Assembly (NCBI RefSeq): GCF_035084215.1
Contig: NC_090363.1
Location: forward strand, 5,828,001-5,892,000
DNA length: 64,000 bases
Source: Heptranchias perlo
Lineage: Eukaryota
Direction: 5' to 3'
Shown here piece after piece: positions 1 to 9,775 of the stretch. The position numbers were made by a program, and so were the translations under genes. The notes beneath the pieces are model-generated. The model was not told the DNA's origin, ran no database searches, and worked only from the letters and a program-made list of their open reading frames with translations. Position 1 is the first letter of the stretch. The number at the start of each line of letters is the position of its first letter.

Positions 1-757
1 CAGGGATTTTCGTTGGTATTTTTGGGGTCCAATTGAGAGATTGGACCCCATTTACATGACATTTTGTCATGTAAGCTGTAAATCAGCTGCCTTGATCATT
101 ATTTTTAAAAATGTATTCTTGGGATATGGGCGTCGCTAGCAAGACCAGCATTTATTGTCCATCCCTAGTTGTCCTTGCCCTTATTTTGCATATTGATCGA
201 GAGAAGGAAAAGTGAAAATGAGGGGCTGTCCTTGCTGTGACGTGAGAGTGGGCTAAGGGCGGTCATGTTGGTGCAGCGAAATAACCGAACCATAAAGACT
301 TCCATCCTGTCGCTGTATCATAACCGCTGAATTAACTAGAGACAGAAACTTACTTGGTGGTGTGCGATTTCGCCGCACGAGAGCGGGAAAATTGCCCTAT
401 AGTATCCATGAAAGTTTTAAGAATGTAGTGTTTTGTAAACTACAAGATAGGTATCTTCAAGATTATGCTGTAATAATAGAATGAAAAACTTAAGTTAAGG
501 GCAAAGTTTAGGCCAGTGATAACTTTAGCAAGAGTCTTTGCTCAGGACCACTACTGTTTAAATACGATTGTTGAAGAAAGGTTTTGATGCTGCATTAAAT
601 GCTGGATTAAGGAAGGCACGAGGCCAGATTAAAGTCAGGAGTTTCAGGAACTCTGCAATATTGTAGCAAGTACGTGCCTGGGCCAATACAGTCTTAGATA
701 TCTCCAGGGGGTTATGAAATTAACCTGCTGTGCTTTTTCTGACTCCATCTGGAAAAG

Positions 758-787
758 CTCAGTCCTCCTGGCTCAAGGGTCCATGAT
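758..787 (+). CDS. Possible 30-nt phase-0 cytoplasmic micro-exon of gene U (LSPPGSRVHD)
   Basis: tgctttttctgactccatctggaaaAG|CTC...GAT|GTAAAG; open, and phase-compatible with the 1423 exon. Splice sites are only moderate. Confidence 0.25.
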
Positions 788-1422
788 GTAAAGGTTACTT
801 TCCATGACTTAAGATTTAACTCTTTCTTTAATACTTTATAAGTTAATATGGGACAAGTAACTGAACATAGCCAGCAACGTTTACACGGTTCAAAAGAATA
901 ATGCGAATTGCAGAACCATTATTCCTTGCTTACTAGCTTTGAGCAACTAAATTAGCTTTTTATTTTGTTTTAAATCTATGTGGTGCAACATTGCCACCTA
1001 CTGGTACAGTACTGGTACACAAGGATCAAATGATGGTAATGTCAGAGTTGATAAAAATATAACAGAATAGCAATTGAAAAAGTGCTCAATAGCACCTAAT
1101 TGCCAAATATTTCTATCTTTATTTCTAACTTGACTCTTCACTATTTCTTATCGCTATGAGTAACCCTTGTGTCTAAGAATATTGTTATGCATGACACCAA
1201 CAGTGATACCTCAGTGTCAGGAAGTTGAGGTTTAAGACTGCGATTGTACTGACGGAGCCCTCGGATAATGAGACTAATCTCAGTGGTGAAAATGTACTTG
1301 CAGCAATTGCTTCTAGTCTCATGTCGTTTGCAAGTCCAATTGCAACGGCAAGAAGATAATGCAGTATCTGTTAGTGGTGTGCGATCCGCTCCGTCACATT
1401 TTTCTCTCTGTGCTGCGTGCAG

Positions 1423-1605
1423 GGTTTGCTTTACACCGAGGTGGTAAAGGTGAAAATCAACCCCCACCTGTTTTCAGACCGTTTTGCAGCATTGAAGAAA
1501 AAAAAGAGCCAAATGGATGGCGAAGCTTACCACCACAATCCTGTCGCAAAAGATGCTCACCAGAATTCTCTGCAGACAAACCCGTTAGTTCCCATTAAAG
1601 GATGA
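1423..1605 (+). CDS. Gene U: terminal cytoplasmic exon of an upstream inhibitory-type receptor (GLLYTEVVKVKINPHLF...PLVPIKG*), ITIM LLYTEV
   Basis: Pyrimidine tract and acceptor ttttctctctgtgctgcgtgcAG|GGT. The phase-0 exon opens with G-L-L-Y-T-E-V, matching ITIM consensus (I/V/L/S)xYxx(L/V) and resembling the start of gene B's last exon. The rest of the gene lies upstream of the window. Confidence 0.55.
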   Translation, partial: GLLYTEVVKVKINPHLFSDRFAALKKKKSQMDGEAYHHNPVAKDAHQNSLQTNPLVPIKG

Positions 1606-1776
1606 CTTCAACCTGCCCCACCACATGTAAATGAGGACGATGCGGCATAAATAACGTCTCCCTGCCATGTCTCCAGTTGGAATCCCTAACCCGACCTCTG
1701 AGAACGCCGCCACTACATAGTGATGATGTGAGAGCACAGCAGTACCCGAGAGGCAGGTACAGCACGCCAACTTTAA

Positions 1777-1940
1777 CATGGGAACATAGAAACATTGGAA
1801 CGTAGGAACAGGAATAGGCCATTCAGCCCCTCCGGTCTGTTCCGCCATTCAATTAGATCATGGCTGATCTGTATCTTAACTCAACCTACCCGCCTTGGTT
1901 CCCTAACCCTTAACACCTTTGCCTAACAAAAATGTTCTCA
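1777..1940 (-). mobile_element. CR1 LINE 3' end fragment
   Basis: aacatagaaacattgg...aggccattcagcccc...atcatggctgatct, the CR1 3'UTR stem seen repeatedly in the window. Confidence 0.7.
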
Positions 1941-2233
1941 TATATTTGAATCTTTGTACGGCTTTGCCTGGCCAGTGGTTTGGGCGGTTTGGGGCACTGG
2001 AGCATTTCTGAAGCCTTCTGCTCTCGTTTCCAGTAGGACTGAGAAAAAAATATTTTTTTTGGACTGAGCAAATGCATTTCCCAGTGGAAATCTCTCTCTT
2101 CCTGCGTTGGCGAAATAGCAGAGTATGAGGAAATACAAGAGGCAAGATCGGAAGAACTTAACGTGAGACACCACAAAAGGCCTTTGTTTCCACAAAAGTC
2201 AATACTTACTTTACAAGGTTTACCGACATGTGT

Positions 2234-2391
2234 GTAGAAAATAGTCTGAGGCTATAGCGCAAAGCAGGTGTTATCAAATCGACCACCCGTTATACGCCCC
2301 GTCCAATATTCAGGGAACATTGAGCAGAGTGTCTAACAGGCGGCCATTCGATAAACGCTCGCTTTGCGCTTTCGCCTCAGATATTTTCTAC
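2234..2391. mobile_element. Palindromic MITE
   Basis: Terminal inverted repeats GTAGAAAATA.TCTGAGGC / GCCTCAGATATTTTCTAC. Confidence 0.7.
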
Positions 2392-3636
2392 CCTATACAC
2401 TCTTACTTAGAATTCTCTGTAGCAGAGCTTCAGAAGGCAGTACTTCCCTCTGGAAGCTATTGCAGAGTTACGCCAGCTGGTGGTTGAAGACCTCCAACCC
2501 ACTGCGAATATGACCAGTAACTTGTTTTTTTTTGCCACTGGACACTTGTCACATTAATCAGGCCTCAGCTCACCACTGTATAAAGAAGGTCACTGATGCT
2601 ATTTTCAGGCGGGCCATACTGTTTCGTGCCTTCTCAATTCAACCTGCAAAACCAAAGGAGCGAGCAGTCCAATTCAATAGACTAGCAGGATGGTCACAAG
2701 TGCAGGCAGCAATTGACTGAACAGACGTGACTGTGAAAACCTCAGATGAGAATTGCCTCATTTGTATTAATAGGCAATGGTTTTATTCTATGAACTTCCA
2801 GATAGTGCGTGATACCACTTACCTTATCCGGCACTTAGTGTCCGCAACCCAGGAAACTGTCATGTCACTTACATCATGCAGAATTCCACAACATTGGTCC
2901 TGATGACTGAAGCCCTATTTTAAGATGGCTAATTGCCAATCAGATCCATGGGACTACCAGAAGTCAGTAGAACGGACAATTGGCATTCTGAAATTTCGCT
3001 TTTGGTGCCTGGGTAAATCTTGGAGAGCCCTAATATTCAGCCCAACAAGCATTTTACAGACTTAAAGGACCTTTCTTCATAGTCTTGTTATACAGAAACG
3101 ATTATTACTTCCTGTAGTTGAAGTGGGTGACCATGCAGCAGAACAAAATGGCTTCAATCCCCATAGCGGGGGAAGGAAGCACAGAAGGATGTGAGAAGGT
3201 AGAATATGGCAACCAGCAGCGTGCAGCCAGAGAAAAGAGGCAGCATCTTCTTGCTGATTGATATCAATTTTTTACGTAGAAATAAAAGTCCTTGGGGTAA
3301 AAATTAATCTCGGGCTGTAGCAAAAACAATTTTGACATTATAGTAACACTGGGGGCGAAATTGGCCTCTGGTGGCAGCGAATAACAGGCGATAGTGAATT
3401 AGGCAGCCCCCATCTTTTTATTTTTCATTGAAGTCAATGGAGATAAATTCGAGTGGGGTGTAGAACGGATGGTCGATTTGCTATTGCCCATTATTTTGTT
3501 GCTGCCCCAGTCCAATTTCACCTGCATAATTTCCAAATTGTAACAATGGGGGCAAAATTCAACTTCAGTTAGGGCGCAAAACAGGTGGTAGCAGAACAGC
3601 CATCTATATTATACCTCACCTGAATTTTCCTTCCAT

Positions 3637-4630
3637 TAGAATCATAGAATCATAGAATTTTACAGCACAGAAAGAGGCCATTCAGCCTGTTTGCAAGAGC
3701 TGTCCAATTTAGTCTCACACCCCAGCTTTTCCCCCATTATCCTGCAAATTAATTCTCTTCAAGTACATGGCCATTTGCCTTTTGAAAGTTCCTATGGAAT
3801 CTGCTTCCACCACCCTTTCAGGTAATGTGTTCCAGATCTTAACAATCTTCTGTGTGAAAAAAAAAATCTCCTCATATCCCCTCTAGTTCCTTTGCCAATT
3901 ATTTTAAATCTATGACCTTTGGTTACTGACCGACTTACCAGAGGAAACAGTTTATCCCTGTTTGCTCTATCAAAACCCTTCATTATTTTGAATACCTCTA
4001 CCAAGTCTCCCCTTAACCTTCTCATAGAAACATTGAAACATAGAAAATAGGAGCAGGAGTAGGCCATTCGGCCCTTCGAGCCTGCTCCGCCATTCAATAT
4101 GATCATGGCTGATCCTCTATCTCAATACCCTCTGCTCTTGCAACCTCCTTAAAATAGTACCATTTAGATTATACTGTCTATCCATGTTGTTCCACCCAAA
4201 TTGCATCACTTAACACTTAGCCACATTAAATTGCATCTGCCATGTGTCTGCCCATTTCACCGGTCTGTCTATGTCCTCCTGAGGTCTGTTACTATCTTCC
4301 TCACTGTTTACTACAAGTTTTGTATCATCCGCAAACTTCGAAATTGTGCTCCCTATACCCAAGCCCAGGTCATTTATATATAACAAGAAAGCAATGCTCC
4401 TAATACCGACCCCTGGGGGATCCCACTGCATAATTTTCTCCAGTCAGAAAAACATCCATTCACTACTAATCTCTGCTTCCTATCCCTTAGTCAATTACAT
4501 ACCCAAGTCACCACCGCCCCTTTAATATCATGTGCTTCTATTTTCCGAATAAATCTGTTGTGTGGTCTTTTGAAAATCCATTTATACAGCATCTGACTGC
4601 ACCACCTTCATCAACCCTCTCTGTTACTCC
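3637..4630 (-). mobile_element. CR1 LINE RT/3' end with a nested CR1 3' fragment (about 4022-4128)
   Basis: ISKFADDTKL and RRLRGDLVEVFKIMKG motifs; (tagaatca)n tail. Confidence 0.85.
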
Positions 4631-4884
4631 ACCATTAGGAGCAATTTTTATTTTGTTTTTATTTAAACGTTCATACGTGTACTCATCAAAGTGAGGATCG
4701 TAATGTTGCTAAATGAGACTCTTTAAATTTCAGGCCACTACTGTCAACACCAAGCACTCCGAGGTCAGAAAACTCACCTGTTGCTTGCAGCAGAAAGCTG
4801 ATTTAAAGCTTCCCCAACAATTTGCCACAGCCCTAACCTCAGAAGCGGTTATTCACCTTAATTCAAAATTCGCCTTAACTTTTA

Positions 4885-5290
4885 TGTTAGCTGTGGCTCA
4901 GTGCGTAGCACTCTCGCCTCTCCCTTCAGGGATCTGTACACAAAATCTAGACTGATAATGCCGAGGGAGTGCTGCACTGTCAGTGATGTGTTGTCTTTGG
5001 GATGAGACGTTAAACTGAGGCCCTGTTTGCCTTCTCAGTTGGATGTAATAGGTCCCATTGTACTACTGGGAAGAAAATCAGGAGAGTTCTCCACGGTGTC
5101 CTGACCAATACTTACCCTAACCAACATCACTAAAAAGCACATTATCTGCTAATTATCACATTGCTGTTTGTGGGTCGCTACTGTGCGTAAATTGGCTGCC
5201 GTGTCGTGCACCATACAGCAGTGACTGCACTTCAAAAAGCGCGTTGGGAGGTCGTGAAAGGCGCTATCTAAATGCAGATCTTTCTTTTAA
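4885..5290 (+). mobile_element. Deu-core SINE (SacSINE1/AmnSINE-like)
   Basis: tRNA-like head, core gatgagacgttaaactgaggccc, tail ggcgctatctaaatgcag. Confidence 0.8.
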
Positions 5291-5879
5291 CCCGCTGAAT
5301 CAATGTGATATTTGCAATGTCAGTAATCCTATCCCACAGTTTATTACCAATCAGCTCTTAACTGGCAGCTCACTGAGAACAAAACAGAAACTGTCTAAAC
5401 TAATTTCCCTTTAATATTTGTAAACGATCATACAGGGGAGACATTGGTCTCATCATTGCACACAGGGTTTCCTGTTTCCTACCACATTAGGAGACACTTC
5501 TTTGCTTATGTAACAAAACCTAAATTTTCAAATTAATCGCATCGCATTTAGAAGTTTGCTTCCTAAAATTATTTATGGCCGCATTTTCCCATTCATGGAG
5601 AATGGCCGGTCAAAATTCACCGTATTGATTGACCAGCCGAGTATTTCGCACGCTGGCTGTCCGGAGGGCGCAGATCCGCAATCCATGCTGCATTAGTCAT
5701 TTCCAAACTCTGCCCCCCACCCCCCTCCCCCAAATAGAGCTCGTTCGAACTAGCAAGTGTGATTCGATGACTATTTCCCTGTAGGACTGCTACATCCGCT
5801 TTTTAAAGCATTCGATTTGACCTGGTTTAAAATAATTGGTTCATAATTTACCAGGTGTCGACCAACATCCTCCCAGTTT

Positions 5880-5936
5880 ACGTAATCCTAGGGGGGGAAG
5901 TAATGCAGAACGTTCGGGCATAGTGTCCTTCGAACG
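5880..5936 (+). other. Putative non-coding 5'UTR exon end (donor) of gene A
   Basis: ACG|GTGAGT donor is conserved with ACG|GTAAGT at the homologous position of paralog C (43363). The A leader exon has an acceptor (tttctAG, 7691-92) upstream of its ATG. Exon start is unknown. Confidence 0.45.
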
Positions 5937-6137
5937 GTGAGTGACAGATTATTATCGCTGTTTTTACGTCTGCCTGGAAGGTAAAATTTGAATTAGTGAT
6001 TGTCGTTTGTTTATTTATTTTTGTTTTAATGCGCTGTATCTTCAATTAATATATTTGGTATAAGTGAAAACAACTAAGAGGGAAAGTTACCTAGGCCACT
6101 GACTTCCGTTCCACTTGTGTTTGATTCTAAAACTCAC

Positions 6138-6320
6138 GGGTAGAAATTCGTCTTGGAAGCGATAAACGGGCAGTGTGACATCGGCCGCCTGTTATACGCC
6201 CCGTTTGAAATTCGGTTCTATTGAAGGTCAGTGGAACTGAATATCAAGCGGGGAGCATAACGGGCGGCCGATTCGATACCGCCCGTTTTGCGCTGTCCGC
6301 CCAAGACGATTTTCTACCCC
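6138..6320. mobile_element. Palindromic MITE (about 183 bp hairpin)
   Basis: GGGTAGAAATTCGTCTTGG ... CCAAGACGATTTTCTACCC with internal inverted arms. Confidence 0.8.
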
Positions 6321-6639
6321 AATGCTTGTTGAAAGTATAACTGTTCTTGACCTAGAACTAATATTATCAGTTGCATTTATAGTTTAAATCATTTTTGCGC
6401 CAGAAAGTACATATTGAAGGTCGGGTGTACATTCTGAAATCATTCTTATTGGTGCGTTGTAACGCACAGCAGCCTAGCAATCAGTGGGTGAACACTTAGA
6501 GCGTTAGTATGAAATTCCCCAGTGGCTATTTTAACGTACACTTATCCAAGTATAGATAAGGAAAGATATGAGTAACATGCTCTCTCCAGGCAAAGCTGTC
6601 TCAGGTAATATCTAAATAACGCTTCATTATCAATTAAAT

Positions 6640-7140
6640 TCAATTAAATGGACTCCAAACAAGCAAATCCACAGCGGAAAGATGGGGCTTACACATGAGT
6701 GCCGAGGGAGACGAAGGAGGAGATGTATAAGGAACTGACAATCGTTATGTGGAAGTCAGTGGACAGATGGGAGGATCCAATACATTGGAAACAGTCTAAT
6801 ATTGTGCCCGTATTCAAAATGGGTGACAAAGCAAACACGGATACCTACCAGAACCTCAGTCATTCCTCCATTTCATGTGGAAATAATGGAATCGATTATC
6901 AGGAGTAAACGTGAGGATCGTTTGTACAATAATCATCTAGTTGACAGAAGTCAGCATAGATTTAGAGGGGGAAGATCCTGCCTGACCAACCTCCTTGAGG
7001 CAATGACAGCCCAAAAGGACAATGGTAAACTCTGTGATGCCTTTACCTGGACTCCCAAACGACGTTTGATAAAGTTCCACACTAAAAGATTTTAAATGAA
7101 ATCAAAGCTGCGGAGATTCAGGATAAACCAAGGGATGGGG
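6640..7140 (+). mobile_element. Degraded CR1 RT fragment
   Basis: WKQSNIVPVFKMGDK; SQHRFRGGRSCLTNLLE. Confidence 0.8.
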
Positions 7141-7706
7141 AGCACTCGGTCAATGTGAGCAATTCCCTGGATATTTGCCAACTTATTTAATTGATACCAC
7201 TTTATTTATTATAAAAGTGGAACATTTATTGAAATGATTAAATGTTTTATTTCAGCTCCATTTAGTGGTTCAGACTGATTGTTATTTCTCATTCGAATAA
7301 AATAACGATCCTTTACTTACTTCTGGATCTGATTTTCCTTTTTGATTTCTTACTTACTGAATGTTCTCTCTGGGCATTTATCGTGCTCGTTTCCAATTAC
7401 AGAATCGCAGGAACTAAAATGCTTAACGTTTGCATAGGGAAAAAGTCTCAACTGTCTTGTAGATATGATATTTATATGGCTATCGACTTTCTTTAGAATT
7501 GGGATTGTGAGTGTGTCTTAATGGACGGATTTTAATGTGTATCTAGTCATACCTTAAGGGGTCACAGTAGATAAGGAGAGGAAATAGTAGGAGACAGTAG
7601 GGAGCCTTATCATGTAAGACCTCTACTTCGACTTATCTATAATATATTAGGATTAAAACGAAGGGACTTTTAATAATTGTTTTGATTTCTAGATCACCGT
7701 GAAGCA

Positions 7707-7749
7707 ATGAATCCGGCTGACCTACTGTGGACATTGATGCTACTCTTTA
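7707..7749 (+). CDS. Gene A leader (signal peptide) exon
   Basis: ATG AAT CCG GCT GAC CTA CTG TGG ACA TTG ATG CTA CTC TTT A|GTAAGC; near-identical to the gene C leader. Confidence 0.85.
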
Positions 7750-9654
7750 GTAAGCAATTTCTTTCCTTACTACCCCTAGCTGTTGTGGCAACGTTTACTA
7801 ACGGGTGGCCTCGAAGTGCATGGTTAAATAGAAACTAGTTTGACATTATTGTGTTGTCCGCCCGAAGAGGGAAGAGCTACCGTACATTGTACCTAAACTG
7901 CCCTGGGCATTTATTTTACAGCGTTAACTGCTAGCAAGATCAAAGTGCTTCAATCACCAGCTTCTATTGAGGTTACTGAGGGAGAAACAGTCCATTTGCT
8001 CTGCACTTACAGCGCATCTCAAGTACAATACAACGGGGCGTTCTCTTGGTACAAAAACGTAAAAGTTGGAACAGAAGAATCCAAAGTGTCTAATGCATCG
8101 GCAAAATATTCGGGTAGAGTTATTGAGGTGGACACACCCTCTTTCAAATTGAATAGAAACGCTTCTATCGCGATCACAAACGTGAAACCGAGTGACTCAG
8201 GCATTTATTACTGTCAGGTGGAGATAATACTACTCGGGAATGAAACTGGACCAGGAACAATATTAACAGTTAAAGGTAAGTTCATATGGAGAAATAGGTA
8301 GATAGAAAGAAAGAAAACATGGTTATTTCACCTCCTTCTCCCATTACAAAATGCCTACTGGATTAAACACTTCAAATTAATACCTGTGGTTGACTGTATC
8401 TGGGATACTGCTTGTATTTTATGAAATAATTTCCAGTTTCATATCACGTCCTAGAGAATGTTTCTATAATAATATTGCAAGGGTTTCAATAGGGATATAA
8501 AGTAAGTGGGATGTTTCAATGAGTGAATGATGACATACATAAGTGGGCCACAAGACATGCACCCGCCAAATAGAACGGGTAACCAACTAGAATGTAAAAG
8601 GATCAGTCCAATATATTTCCCCCATTGCCAGTTTATATTTGTTAGAGAATATATAATCTTTATCGCATTTAATGGTCTCTCTCTTTCTCTCTCTCTCTAT
8701 ATATATATATATACATATGTATATAGGAACATAGGAACAGGAGTAGGCCATTCAGCCCCTCGCGCCTGCTCCGCCATTTGATAAGATCATGGCTGATCTG
8801 TGATCTAACTCCATATACCTGCCTTTTGGCCCATATCCCTTAATACCTTTGGTTGCCAAAAAGCTGTCTATCTCAGATTTAAATTTAGCAATTGAGCTAG
8901 TATATATATATATATATGTATATATAATATATATATAACAGATTATCTGGCCATTATCACTGTTTGTGGGAGCTTGTTGTTTCCTACAATCAATGAAATA
9001 CTTTATGACGTGTAGTCAACAGTGACTACACGTCATAAAGTACTTCATTGATTACAAAGCGCTCTGGGACATCCTGAGGTCGTGAAAGACGCTATATAAC
9101 TGCAAGTCTTTATTTTCTTTCTATATATATACAGCAAATAATAGATGCAAGAAAGTGTTTGACAACCTGATTATGAGAATAGCAATCTAAAACCTTGGGC
9201 CAAATAAATAGCAGGGTTTTAAAATGGTGACTTCATATCTGCCTTTATTGAGAAATAAGAAAGGAAGTCGACGTCAGGAATCAAGACGAACCTGATGGAC
9301 TCACAACAGGAATCATTAATACAAAGCTAGATGTCTAGAAAGTATACGAATACCTGCTCCGAACAACCTGAGTGTGCGAGTGCTAAAGGAAATGGGTACC
9401 AACCTTAGTGACTTTTGCAATGAGGCCCTATAGTTAACTAAAGAAAGTAATTACTGAGAGTGATTGTTTCGTTCTCCATAGATCGGAATCAACAGCGTAG
9501 CAGCGGAATATCGCTGCTTTGGCAGCTGATTGTAATGGGCGTGAAACTTGCAGTGTTTGTTGTGCTCAATATTATAACAATTTATCTGGTGCAATTCTGG
9601 GAGTCTCGAGGTTCTCCTATGGCATTCAACGCAAAGCGAGAGGAGTTCACCTAA
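7707..9654 (+). CDS. NCR3: Gene A: NKp30/NCR3-like single VJ-Ig activating-type receptor; join(7707..7749,7922..8275,9482..9654)
   Basis: Leader MNPADLLWTLMLLF; V domain with C-W-C core, DSGIYYC and J-like TGPGTILTV, recognisably similar to NKp30 (CTYSASQ, KVSNASAKYSGRV, CQVEIILLG); TM LLWQLIVMGVKLAVFVVLNIITIYLV containing Lys; short tail. All introns are GT-AG, phase 1 and in frame. The symbol denotes family, not proven orthology. Confidence 0.85.
7922..8275 (+). CDS. Gene A V-type Ig exon (germline-joined VJ)
   Basis: Acceptor ttattttacAG|CG, donor AAAG|GTAAG; ORF 7945..8301. Confidence 0.92.
8722..8900 (-). mobile_element. CR1 3' fragment within a (TA)n microsatellite, gene A intron 2
   Basis: ataggaacataggaac tail plus CR1 3'UTR stem; (TA)n on both sides. 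Confidence 0.75.
8938..9122 (+). mobile_element. Deu-SINE 3' half
   Basis: acagattatctggccattatcac...gacgctatataactgcaagtc. Confidence 0.75.
9482..9654 (+). CDS. Gene A stalk/TM(Lys)/short tail exon
   Basis: Acceptor ttctccatAG|AT; DRNQQRSSGISLLWQLIVMGVKLAVFVVLNIITIYLVQFWESRGSPMAFNAKREEFT*. Confidence 0.85.
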
Positions 9655-9769
9655 CAGGCAAGTGTTCAATGAAAATCTGTAAATCTGAACTGATGTGCAT
9701 ATTGGACAGTTTCTATTTGCAGTTGGATTGAGAAGTAAAACTATAAGCGAAATTATTCGAATTGTTAAG

Positions 9770-9775
9770 AATAAA
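9770..9775 (+). promoter_or_regulatory. Candidate polyadenylation signal of gene A
   Basis: AATAAA about 115 nt after the stop codon. Confidence 0.4.

Noticed and set aside
4885-4990. tRNA-like sequence
   Set aside because: Degenerate SINE head, not an intact tRNA gene.
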